The notes under the pieces are model-generated. The model was not told where the DNA came from and ran no database searches. It was given only the letters and a program-made list of their open reading frames with translations. From positions 4,340,001 through 4,404,000 of the forward strand of contig NC_091475.1 in assembly GCF_036971445.1 (NCBI RefSeq): DNA of 64,000 nt. The letters run 5' to 3'. Below, piece after piece: positions 1-11,988 of the stretch (within the stretch, counting starts at the first letter, position 1; every line of letters starts with the position of its first letter). Both the position numbers and the translations under genes were made by a program. The stretch is from Narcine bancroftii (Eukaryota).

Positions 1-414
1 TAACATTTCAAAGCATTGCCTTAATCCCATGCAGGAATGTAGAGTTTCTCGTGTAGGTTAATGCTGCAAATCCAATCCAACGTTAAATATCAAATCACAG
101 CTTTCAACATGATCACGGATCCTGCCACATTTAAAAATACTCTCAAGTACTTACATTATTTTAGCTTCTTTGATTCCTTTAACCTGCAGTTTCAGTTACT
201 TTATCGTTTCATTCTTCCCTGGTTTACTTTAGATGCGATCTTTGGACCTGGTATTACCTTATAAGAACAATATTTAAAGAGGGGTTAACATAAACTAGAA
301 ATGACGATGCTAATTAAAATACAGGCTAGACTCGCTGAGCAGGGATGAGTCAGTGTACTGAGTTTCATTAATGAATGATGGTAAATTATTGACATACCTT
401 TGGTAGACTTCCTG

Positions 415-3400
415 GAACACTAGTCCCACTTACCTGCTCCCTGCTCATAACCCTCCAATTCCCTCACATCCATGCATTCAACCAACCTTCTTTTAAATGA
501 TGAAATTAAACATGCTGCAACCACCTCTTCCAGAAGGTCATTTCACTCAGCCACCACTCTGAGTGAAGAAGCCCCCTCTCATGTTACTTCTAAAGTTTTG
601 CCCCCAACCCTTAACTTATGACCCCTCGTTCCAATCTCACCTACCCTCAAGGGGAAGAGCCTATTCACATCCACTCTATTCATAATATCACTCATAATTT
701 TATCTTTCTTTGGCTTGGCTTCGCGGACGAAGATTTATGGAGGGGGTAAAAAAGTCCACGTCAGCTGCAGGCTCGTTTGTGGCTGACCAGTCCGATGCGG
801 GACAGGCAGACACGATTGCAGCGGTTGCAAGGGAAAATTGGTTGGTTGGGGTTGGGTGTTGGGTTTTTCCTCCTTTGCCTTTTGTCAGTGAGGTGGGCTC
901 TGCGGTCTTCTTCAAAGGAGGCTGCTGCCCGCCAAACTGTGAGGCGCCAAGATGCACGGTTTGAGGCGTTATCAGCCCACTGGCGGTGGTCAATGTGGCA
1001 GGCACCAAGAGATTTCTTTAGGCAGTCCTTGTACCTTTTCTTTGGTGCACCTCTGTCACGGTGGCCAGTGGAGAGCTCGCCATATAATACGATCTTGGGA
1101 AGGCGATGGTCCTCCATTCTGGAGACGTGACCCATCCAGCGCAGCTGGATCTTCAGCAGCGTGGACTCGATGCTGTCGACCTCTGCCATCTCGAGTACCT
1201 CGACGTTAGGGGTGTGAGCGCTCCAATGGATGTTGAGGATGGAGCGGAGACAACGCTGGTGGAAGCGTTCTAGGAGCCGTAGGTGGTGCCGGTAGAGGAC
1301 CCATGATTCGGAGCCGAACAGGAGTGTGGGTATGACAACGGCTCTGTATACGCTTATCTTTGTGAGGTTTTTCAGTTGGTTGTTTTTCCAGACTCTTTTG
1401 TGTAGTCTTCCAAAGGCGCTATTTGCCTTGGCGAGTCTGTTGTCTATCTCATTGTCGATCCTTGCATCTGATGAAATGGTGCAGCCGAGATAGGTAAACT
1501 GGTTGACCGTTTTGAGTTTTGTGTGCCCGATGGAGATGTGGGGGGGCTGGTAGTCATGGTGGGGAGCTGGCTGATGGAGGACCTCAGTTTTCTTCAGGCT
1601 GACTTCCAGGCCAAACATTTTGGCAGTTTCCGCAAAGCAGGACGTCAAGCGCTGAAGAGCTGGCTCTGAATGGGCAACTAAAGCGGCATCATCCGCAAAG
1701 AGTAGTTCACGGACAAGTTTCTCTTGTGTCTTGGTGTGAGCTTGCAGGCGCCTCAGATTGAAGAGACTGCCATCCGTGCGGTACCGGATGTAAACAGCGT
1801 CTTCATTGTTGGGGTCTTTCATGGCTTGGTTCAGCATCATGCTGAAGAAGATTGAAAAGAGGGTTGGTGCGAGAACACAGCCTTGCTTCACGCCATTGTT
1901 AATGGAGAAGGATAAATGTTAATGGATAAATCATAATTTTATATACCTCTATCAAATCCCCCCTCAACATTCTACGCTTCAATGAATAAAGACCCAGTCT
2001 ACTCAATATTTCTTCATATTCTACATCCTGCAATCCAGGCAACATTTTAGTAAATGTTCTTTGCACCCTCTCCACCTTATTGATATCCTTCCTATAATTT
2101 GGTGACCAGAACTGCACACAATATTCCAAACATCTGCACCAATGCCTTGAACAGTCTCAACATCACCTCCCAATTCCTATATTCTATGCTTTGATTTATA
2201 AAGGCCAGCATACCAAAAGTCTTCTTCACCACCCTATCTACATGAAAATCCACTTTCAAAAAACGTTGAACCATTATTCCAAAATCCCTCTGTTCCTCTG
2301 CATTCCTCAGTGCCCTCTCCTTCACTGCATATGTCTTGTTTCGATTATTCTTTCCAAAATGAAGCACTCACACTTATCGATATCAAACTCCATCTGGCAC
2401 CTTTCAGCACACTCTTCTAAGCAGTCCAAATCCTTCTGCATTCCCCGAAAACCATCCTCACTATCCACAACTCCCTATTTTTGTATAATTGGCATACTTA
2501 CTCACCCAATTTACCATTCCATTATCCAAATCATTAATGTAAATGACAAACAACAAGGGACCCAACACCGATTCCTAAGACTGCTCATCACCGGCCTCCA
2601 TCCTGACAAACAGTTATCCACCATGATACTCTGGCACCTATCTTCCAGCCACTGTTGAACCCATCTGACTATCTTGACATTAATCCTTAGTGCCTGAACC
2701 TTCTTCACCAACCTTCCATGTAGAACCTTATCGAAAGCCTTACTGAAATCCAGATAGACTACATCTACTGCTCTACCCTCAATCTTTCTAGTCACTTCCT
2801 CAAAAAATTCAACAAGATTTGTCAAACATGACCTCTCCTGCGCAAACCCATGTTGGTTGTCCCTGATCAATCCCTGCCCCTCTAGATACACATACACATT
2901 ATCCCCAAGAATACTTTCCATTAGTTTACCGACCACCGATGTCAAACTTACTGGCCGATAATTGCTGGACCTACACCTGGAGCCCTTTTTAAACAGAGGA
3001 ACCATGCTTGCGACACGTCAATCCTGCAGCACCACATCTTCTTCCAGTGACTGTTGAAAAATCACTGTCAGAGCCCCCATTATTTCATCCCTGAGTTCCC
3101 TCAAGGTCCTGGGAAAAATCCCATCTGGACCTGGAGACTTATCCACCTTTATATGCCTCAGAGGTTCCAACACCCCCTCTTTCCTAATCCCTATGTTTTC
3201 CATAATTACTCCTTTTGCCTCACTTATCCTACACAGTTCCATATCCTTTTCCCTAGTGAATATCAACGAGAAGAACTCATTCAATATCTCTCCCATCTCA
3301 TTTGGCTCCTCACACATTCGCCCACTCTGATTCTCCAGTGGACCAATTCTGTCCTTCACTCTCCTTTTGCCATTCACATATTTGTAAAAACCCTTCGGAT

Positions 3401-3482
3401 TTACTTTCACCCTGTTCACGATAGCCACCTCGTACCTTCTTTTCGCTATCCTTATTTCCTTAAGCTTCTTTCTACAATCCAT
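415..3482 (-). mobile_element. CR1 LINE, 5'-truncated and degenerate, interrupted by an RTE insertion
   Basis: RT fragments NYRPVSLTSVVGKLME, VDVVYLDFSKAFDKV, EYCVQFWSP in shifted frames; CR1 3' end continues at 415-703 on the other side of the RTE. Confidence 0.88.
704..1930 (-). mobile_element. RTE-clade LINE, 5'-truncated, young
   Basis: Uninterrupted 376-aa ORF (761-1891) with QGCVLAPTLF, LLFADD and a C-terminal CxxC...H..C finger; short 3' UTR ending ...GCCAAGCCAAAGAAAG; TSD TCATAATTTTAT at 692-703 and 1931-1942. Confidence 0.93.
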
Positions 3483-4682
3483 GTTGTTACAGAGTTCTGT
3501 GTTGTGTATTGGCCTATGTGTTGTGTGGTTTTATGTTAAAAAGTGACAGTTTGCCTTAGAGAGCCAAGGTGAAGGTGGACTGAGAGTGGGAGATGAACTG
3601 AGCATATGCAGAAAATGATCTAAAAATTTCTCCACCTAGCAATTTTGTCATTTTTGATTTTGCCATTCTTGGTACTGCTGAACATGAATGCAACAGAGCG
3701 CTGGTCCGTGTGGATCATAAATCTACCAGCCAGGTAGTGCCTCCAGTGCCTTGCAGCTTCTACAATGGCTTGAGCCTCCTTTTCCACAGATGGGTTCTGG
3801 AGCTTGTGGCCATGAACCGTCCATGAGAAAAAGGCAACCGGCCTGCCCACCTGATTGAGAGTAGAGTCGAGGACTATGTCCGAAGCGTCACTTTCCATTT
3901 GGAAGGTGCATTCCCGTCTACCGTGTGCCTGGCAGCTTTCACAATGTAACTTCAGAGATAATTAAAAGCCGTCTGGGCTTCGGACGAAAGGGGAAAAGTG
4001 GTGGCCTTTTAAGAGGGGACGAACCTTGTTGGCATATTAAGGGACCCACTGGGTGTAATATGAGAAAAATGCCAGGCTTCTCCTCAAAGCCTTGTGGTTC
4101 TGGGGAGGGGAAGCTCTAACAAGGGGTGGATCCAATCAGGGTTGGGACCAATGACGCCATTCTCCACCACACAGCCAAGGATAGCCAGTCGTGTAGTCCT
4201 ACATATACATTTGTCAGAATTGTAGGTAAGTTTTAGGGCTCTCGCTGCATGGCATCATGATCTTCCACGGTGTAGCCACAGATGGTAACATTGTCGAGAT
4301 AGGGGGAGGTAGACTTCAACCCATACTCATACACCTTTCTGTCCATCTGCCGCTGGAAAATAGACATCTCATTGGTGATACCAAAAAGGTCCTTCTGGAA
4401 CTGATAAAGTCGACTGTTAGCTTCAAATGCGGTCACAAACCTCAAGCAGACCCCTGAAATTAGTGTGTCCTGGATCTTTTCATCTTTCCGGATGCGGACC
4501 GAAGTGGCCTCACACCTGCACTTTTATTAGCTTACAACACAGGTAGGGTTCATGAACAGACTTCAGAGGGGTTCTGGATTTAGGCAGAAAACCAGGGTTA
4601 TATACGGGCCCCTAGGGGAGGAGCCAGGAGGCGAAACCAGTCGTTAGTATAGCACACTTAAAGTGAATTCCAGTTCACTACA
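3483..4682 (-). mobile_element. Gypsy LTR retrotransposon remnant (RT/RNase H plus probable LTR)
   Basis: PYLDNVTICG (RT YxDD variant); ESDAS...RPVAFFS...EKEAQAIVEA.RHWRHYL.GRF.IHTDQRS (RNase H); LTR-like segment ~4510-4682 starting TG with AATAAA. Boundaries approximate. Confidence 0.8.
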
Positions 4683-4791
4683 AGCAGTCACAGTCGTAGT
4701 TGTAAAGCACTGAAACAGGGACTTTGCCCAAAATTTCCACACTGACTAAGCTACTCCTATTGGCTTGTATTTGGCCCATATCCCTCTAAAT

Positions 4792-5155
4792 CAGTGGTTC
4801 TTTCTACTCATGTACCAACTTTTAAGTAAACCTTATGCCATCAGTGGTCTGTGATTAGTGAGGAATTGCTTAAGGTGGTATGTGAGTGGGAAAGGAAGGT
4901 TGAGAATCACTGCTCTAGACCCCACTGTTACTGAAATATTTTGCTTGAGTAAAATAGTCATTGGCCCATTTCTTTTGGAGTAATGAAACCGTGCACATAA
5001 CGAGTCAATGAGGTACAATTAAAATAGTGGTTTCCAAACTTTTTCTTTCCACCCACATACGACCTTAAGCAATCCCATACTAATCACAGAGCACCGATGG
5101 CATAGGGAATACTTGAAGTGGTATGGGAGTGGAAAAAGAAAGGTTGAGAACACTG
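4792..5155. mobile_element. hAT (Charlie-like) composite MITE, copy 1
   Basis: Termini CAGTGGTTCT...AGGTTGAGAACACTG; homologous in opposite orientation to 44076-44427; inserted in a CR1 3' end. Confidence 0.8.
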
Positions 5156-6460
5156 CTTGAAACCTTTCCCCATCCATGTACCTCTCAAAATGTCTTTTGA
5201 ACATTAGAATTGTCCCTTTCTCTACCACTTCCTCTGGCAGCTCTTCCATATACCCACCACCCTCTGTGCAAAAAAAGTGCCTCTCATGTCCCTATAAAAC
5301 CACTCCCCTCCCACCTTAAATCAATGTCCTCTTGTTATACTGGGGTGGGGGGGGGGGGGGGGTGGCAGTAAGCTATGACTGTTTATATTATCCATGCCCC
5401 TCATAATTTTATGGAACTCTTAGTTTCTTAAGTCCCAGCCTTTCAAGCCTCTCACTCAACCCAACCAGTCCCTGCATCCTTTCCAATTTAGTGATATTTA
5501 TCCTATTGTAAGCACTGCTGCATGGATAATTCTGACCCAAAGTCCACAGACTGTACAATAGGCTTTAATTAGCCTTAACTTGTACACATCAGTCTCAGTA
5601 TACTGCTGGCTCCACGTATCTGACTGTCCCCAAAGGGACCAGCTCAAGTCTGATTGACAGACAGCAGGTGGGGCCGGCATACTAGGTTGTCCACCTGCAG
5701 GTACATTGGTGCCCCCTGCAGTAGGCTGGTGGGAGTGCAGCCAGTATAGTGGTTGTATCGCCACACCTATAGCTGAGTGACCAAAATGGCACCAACTACT
5801 CAAGGTGTGCTGTGCAATGGTACCATGATTTCCCTGCTCCTATTCTTAGTGCCCTGACTGATGAAGGTAAGTGTGTCAAATACCTTCTTTATCACTATTC
5901 CTACTATCATGAAACTATGTACGTCTCCTTGTTGTACAGCACCCCTCAGGATCTTACCATGTACCACATAAATCCTGCCTTGGCTTGAATAACATCTTGA
6001 CCCACTTTCCCAGTTCATCTGGATCCTGTTCCTCATTGCCTAATATCACCAATTTTTATGCAACTGTCCTAACCTTGCTAATTTCATTGTCATCACGGTC
6101 ATTGATACAGATGGCGGTGAAACGAGCACCAAGTCCTGTGTGCGGCACGCCTGCTCACCAATCTGAGTAACAGCCCACCACCTTCTGTCTCCTACTATCA
6201 CACCAATTCTGTATCCAATTGGCCACATCACTCTGGATTGCATAAACTCTGACTTTGCAGACCAGCCTACAAGCCCAACCTTCTCCAAGCTCTTGCTGAA
6301 ATCCACACAGACGACATCTACTGCCCCAACCTCATCAATTTTCTTGATCACCTTTGTCAAAAGATTCAATTATTCATAGAACGCCATTTCTCACACACAA
6401 TGCCATGTTGACTACTCCTAATCAGCCCTTGACTTTCCAAGTGCAAGTAGGTCCTAAGTG
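5156..6460 (-). mobile_element. Old CR1 fragments
   Basis: ELPEEVVEKGTI.MFKRH..RYMD and KKIDEVGAVDVVCVDFSK remnants. Confidence 0.7.
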
Positions 6461-6787
6461 AGTGAATGGTGAAAATAAACCTCTTGCCTGCAAACCTCTT
6501 TAGGCCTCTTTGAAAGGAATGTGAAAGTTGCTATATGAATGGATGCACATGTGCGTCCAGATATGGCCAAGGCACAGATCACAGGCAGAATGGCCTTGAC
6601 TGTTCAACTCATGATTAACTCATGCAGATCCGATATAAAATGTCTCAGCTTTGTTGTGGAAAACTCTGCCAAACTCATCACAAATCTATGCATTCATTGC
6701 GCAGAAATGTTGCAAAATAATAAAATGGAAAATAGTCATTGGAAGGACGGCCTGATTCAAACACCAGTACAATAAAACAATTCTTAC

Positions 6788-7093
6788 CAGGGCTACTGAT
6801 GTGGGCCTGTTTATTGATTGGCGCTGATAATGTTGAGTGGTCCACCTGACAGGAATAATTCCCACTGCCATTCCAGTCAGATAGAGAAAGATTCAGGGAA
6901 CGTGTGGTGAAGAACAAGCCATCAGTATTAGAATAGAAGGGTCCATCCTCAGTCCCATTGGTGATTAGCCGTCCATGTCAAAAACAGGACACATGAATGG
7001 TGGCTGGGTAGAACTCCAGTGATGTGCAGGTGAGCTGTACACCCTCATGAGGGGGAGACAGGGCCTTTGATCTTAACTGAACTGTTGGACATC
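6788..7093 (-). pseudogene. Ig superfamily C1-set domain exon (SIRP/B7-H6/Ig-constant-like) with premature stop
   Basis: CPTVQLRSKALSPPHEGVQLTCTSLEFYPATIHVSCF*HGRLITNGTEDGPFYSNTDGLFFTTRSLNLSLSDWNGSGNYSCQVDHSTLSAPINKQAHISSP; C1 motifs LxC..FYP and YSCxVxH; acceptor ttttcag, donor G|gtaaga; 306 nt, phase 1-1; TGA at 6980-6978; conserved Trp replaced by Cys. Confidence 0.85.
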
Positions 7094-7699
7094 CTGAAAA
7101 TCAATTGTAACATGTTATTGGAGCTTGTAGAGAAGAAATATTCCTCAGTCACTCACACTGAACCTACAATATATTATAATATGAATATATGGTGCACATA
7201 ATTTCCAAGATCAGAGTTAGGGTCACCTATCCCAAGCATGGAGCAAACAATTGAGCATTCCGCTTCAATCAAGCTGGGGACAGTTCAGGAAATGTGCTAA
7301 TCAGGACTGTAAAATAGTAAAAACCTGAATGCTGGGAATCTAAGTCCTGATCATTCTTCTCAATTATATCTTTCTGTGTAAAAGGGCAATCTGGCATTCC
7401 AGGACCATCTCAGGTAAGGATGTGTTTGTGTACCATATTTATAGGTAAACATTTAAAACCTGGACAAAACATGCAGGAAAAATGTTTTTAATAATAACAC
7501 CAGTGTCCCACACTCTCCCAGCGACCCACAATTACACAGCCAAGGGAAAAGGCAGAGCCAATCTTGCTGACAGCTAGGGAATACCTGACTAGCCAAGATA
7601 AGGTGCCACATAAAAGACTTATTGATAAGAAAAGAATACATGGAATTGGGGGTGATGTAAAGAGAGGGAAGGTAGACTGTGAAAAAAGATTAGAACTAA

Positions 7700-9490
7700 A
7701 TATAGAAAATGGACAGTAAAAGTTTTTATTTATTATTTTTGGTACATAGTCGGCCAATCTGTTTGCTAATAGTTTTGCTATCATCTTATAATCTGAGTTA
7801 AGTAGAGATATTGTTAGTGGATCTTTCCCCGTCTTTGGTATTACTGTAATTATTGCTGTTTTACTTGAATCTGGCAAGTTTTGTGTTTCTTCTGTTTGGT
7901 TCATTACTTCCAGGAGAGGAGGAATTAATAACTCTTTTAATGTTTTATAGAATTCTATTGGGAGTCCGTCCTCCCCAGGTGTTTTATTATTCGGTAGCTT
8001 TTTTAAAATATATCTTGTATTTCCTCTATTTCAAATGGTTTTATCAATTTGTTTTGCTCCTCTTCTTGCAATTGCAGTAGTTCAATTTTAGCTAGAAACT
8101 CATCTATTTTGACTTCTTTCCCTTCGTTCTCAGTTCGGTATAATTGTTCGTCGAATTCCTTAAAGTTTTCATTGATCTCGGTTGGGTTATATGTAATTTG
8201 TTTGTCCTTTTTTCTTGATGCCAATACCGTTCTTTTAGCTTGTTCTGTTTGAAGCTGCCAAGCCAGTATTTTGTGCATTTTTTCTCCTAGTACTTTTTCT
8301 CGTAATACTTCTGCTTTACTTTCATTATGTTCTTCTCCACCTTATACATTTGTAGTGTTTCGTATTTTATTTTTTTGTCCGCCAATTCTCTTCTTTTTTT
8401 TTGCATCTTCCCTTGTTGCTAGTTCTTTTTCTGTACTTACTATTTCCCTTTCCAGCTGTTCTATTTCCCGATTGTAGTCCTTTTTCATCTTAGTTACATA
8501 ACTTATTATCTGCCCTCTGATGAATGCTTTCATTGCATCCCATAATATCAATTTGTCTTTCACTGATTCCATATTTATTTCAAAGTACATTTTAATTTGG
8601 CGCTCAATAAATTCTCTAAAATCCTATCTTTTAAGTAGCATGGAGTTTAACCTCCATCTATACATTCTTGGTGGGATGTCCTCCAATTCTATTGCTAATA
8701 ACAGGGGTGAGTGATCAGATAACAATCTAGCTTTATATTCCATTTTCCTAACTCTCCCTTGGATATGGGCTGACAACAGGAACAGGTCAATCCTTGAGTA
8801 TGTTTTATGTCTACTCGAATAATATGAGAATTCCTTCTCCTTTGGGTGTGGTCTCCTCCATATATCCAAAAGTTGCATTTCCTGCATTGATTTAACCATA
8901 AATTTGGCTACTTTGTTCTTTCTGCTAGTCTTCTGTCCAGTTTTATCCATCTTTGAATCCAAATTAAGGTTAAAGTCACCTCCTATCAATATATTCCCCT
9001 GCGTATCTACAATCTTCAAAAAAATAACTTGCATAAACTTTTGATCCTCTTCATTAGGTGCATATATATTGACCAAATTCCAGAGTTCTGAATATATCTG
9101 ACATTTTAACATTATGTATCTCCCTGCTGGATCTATGATTTCCTTCTCTATTTTGATTGGTACATTTTTATTGATTAATATAGCTACACCTCTTGCTTTT
9201 GAGTTATATGATGCTGCCGTCACGAGCCCTACCCAGTCTCTCCTTAATTTATTGTCTTCCACTTCCGTTAGATATGCTGTATCTATTTTTTCTTTTTTCA
9301 GTAAATTTAATAGCCTCTTCCTTTTGATTTGGTTAAGTATTTTGTTAATATTTATAGTCATATAGTTCAACATGGCCATCTTATACTTTGTTTACATCTC
9401 ATTTCCGCTTCCTCACCTCCACCTTTCCCATTTTCCCCATTTCCATTTCTCAGTAAAAGTTTTTATTATGATATAGAAAAAAAAATAACA
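7700..9490 (-). mobile_element. L1-clade LINE ORF2 fragment (APE endonuclease to start of RT), frameshifted
   Basis: ORF 8624-9379 with KARGVAILI, NIYAPN, IGGDFN, YSRIDLFL, LSDHSP; downstream LWDAMKAFIRG and ISLLNSDYKMIAK. Confidence 0.9.
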
Positions 9491-9499
9491 AAAGGGTGG

Positions 9500-10210
9500 T
9501 GTGACAGATTATATTTTATTTTGTATATAGATAAGCTTTTGGAAAATAAATTGTGGCAGGTTTTTTTAGTGTAGGTCACATACAAACACTTAAGATCTCA
9601 CTTAAATGCCAGACCTCTGCTCAAGCCAGACAGTCCAAGCTTCAAGTGCCTTTGAAAAAACTTCGAAGGATGCCTATAAGGACTTCACAAGTAGGTGTTA
9701 ATTGAACAGGCTGTGGAGTAATGGAATATTGTTTTGGAAAACAACAGAAAACAAACTCAGAAAATGAGGTCCGGTGCCCCAGTCTAAGTGCAGTTGGCTG
9801 TTCTAAGAGGGTCATGTGGTTTTCTCTGAGAGAGAGAGAGAGAGAATTCAGTTCTACAGTTCAGCAGCAGCAGCTGGGACTGGAACAGGACAAGCTGGCA
9901 AGCTTGTGGAAAAACCCCATTTTGAAGACAGATTGTGAGTTCTTTATTCAGCCTGGTCAAAGCCCTTGTGGTCCATAAAAGTGGAGATGGCAGGCTGTAT
10001 AATGTTTTACTTGAAATAAGGGAAACAAAAAACTCTGTAGTGGCCTGAAAGAAAGAGGTTATCATCTGGGAAACCTTAATGGGGCAAGTTTCTTCAACAA
10101 GACACTGAATTGACTGATCAGAAGGAATCAGTTGTGGGTGTCCAACGAGCAACAAATCTTTCACTGAAAATCAACAAGAACCTTCCTGAGTGGTAACCAT
10201 TTACCACTTA
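9500..10210. repeat. Possible solo-LTR-like repeat
   Basis: Begins TGTGACA right after the L1, is compositionally distinct and has an (AG)n patch; family not recognised with certainty. Confidence 0.3.
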
Positions 10211-10402
10211 TTTTCACATAAGTATCAATGCCCAAAATATCGAGCTGACAGGCTCTAATCCTTGATAAAAATCACAAAATAAGGATGGTAGAAACCCAAA
10301 ATAAGAACAGAAAACACTGGAAATATTCGAGAACAACTGTAGAGAGGAGAGTAACATTTGACTTCGATGATTTTTCATTAGAACTGGTGAAAGGACATTG
10401 AT

Positions 10403-11988
10403 TTTTTAAAAAAAATATTTAAATTTTCAAATTACAGACAAAGAAAAACATAAAATTACTATAACCCCTCTCCCTCCCCCCATAACACAAAAAACCCCAC
10501 TAAAAATCCTAAAAAACTTCCCCCAATTCCCCCTCCCCCCAAAAAACTTACACAACAAAAACCAATATTCCCTGATTGGTGTGCCAAACTTATATTACAG
10601 TTAATTAATTTCTATAGCCAAATATTTCAAATATAATCCCCATATCAATAAAAAAAGAATAATTATTTTTCACATTATACGTTATTTTTCTAAAGACAAA
10701 CAAGACTGCAATTCATTATGTCATCTTCGCAAATTTAGTTGTACATCATTCTTCCATGTAACACTTTCTTGCTACTGCTAAAGCTAACTTTAAGAAAGCT
10801 AAATATGGTTTAGGCATTCTTAAATCGACAAGTGGGGCCTTATCATAGCCCAGTAAACATAACATTGGGTCCAATCAAATATCCATTTTAAACAAATCTC
10901 TCAAAAATTTTATAATTTCCTCCCAAAAATATTTAATTTTCTTACACGACCAAGCTGAATGTACAAAAAAAACCTATTTGTTCTCTACATTTAAAACATA
11001 AATCTGTTATACTAAATCCATATCTTTTTAATTTCTTCAGGAGTTAAATATAATTGATGCAAAAAATTGTAATTAACCATATATCTCACATTAATTAATT
11101 TTGTAACACTATCAACACACATTTGTGACCATTCTTCCTCTGCCAATACAATATTTAAACCTTTTTCCCATTTCTCTTAAATTTTATGCATATTTACTTT
11201 TTCCATTTTTTCCTGCAACAATCTGTACATTTCAGAAATAAACTTTTTCACTTTTATCTTCAATCAGTAATTCAAATTTTGTTCAAATTTATTTCCTTAC
11301 CATAACTCTTCGTTAAAAATTCTCAAAATTGATAATAAGCAAACAAAGAATTTGACTCAATACCACATTTCTCCTATAATCTATTAAATGAACAAAACTT
11401 CCCTGCTTCAAAACAATCTATAATATGAACTATTCCTTTATTTTTCCAATCCTTTAAATAAGGACTATTCAATGAAAAAGGAATTAATTTATTCTGATAT
11501 ATTGGTGATCTTATTGAAATCATCCCTTTAAATCCTATAATTAAATTACGATTGTACCAAATATTCATTATATGTCGTAAAACTGGCAAATCAAATTATT
11601 GTAACAATAAAGGATTCCATTTATAAATAAAATGCTTAATATTACCTTCCAAGATCTGATCCATCTCTATCTTCGCCCACCTAGGAGGTTGTTCAGTATC
11701 AAATACTCTATTAATAAATTTCAACTGAGCTGCTTCTCTTTTTAATAAGGGAGGGTTACTGCTCTGCAGTTTTTTTCTTGGGGGGGGGGTTAAGGCTTTT
11801 TTTCTGTTTAACGGTTTTTTTTTAGTGAGTTCGGTGCCATTATATATTTAGATTGTAATAAGTAATTTAAATTTTGCAACTTTTAATGTTAAATGGTTAA
11901 ATCATCCAATAAAGAGGAAACGTGTTTTAGATTATATTAAGAAATTAAAAGTATATATAGCATTTTTGCAAGAAACTCATTTAACAGA
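10403..11988 (-). mobile_element. L1 insertion with inverted 5' segment
   Basis: 10403-~11735 is L1 ORF2 C-terminus/3' UTR on minus; ~11735-11988 is the ORF2 start on plus (FATFNVKWLNHPIKRKRVLDYIKKLKVYIAFLQETHLTEK); TSD AAAGGAC(A/G)TTGAT at 10390-10402 and 11989-12001. Confidence 0.75.

Noticed and set aside
761-1891. Host gene or domesticated reverse transcriptase
   Set aside because: 5'-truncated mid-RT with a TSD and RTE 3' tail; it is an ordinary retrotransposon copy.
6978-6980. TGA in the Ig exon read as selenocysteine
   Set aside because: The position aligns with a usually basic residue after the C-strand Trp (CGA to TGA is plausible), the Trp itself is mutated, and there is no SECIS evidence.
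6788-7093. CD47 exon or rearranging Ig/TCR locus
   Set aside because: CD47 has a V-set domain, not C1; no V or J segments or heptamer-nonamer RSS were noticed in the window.
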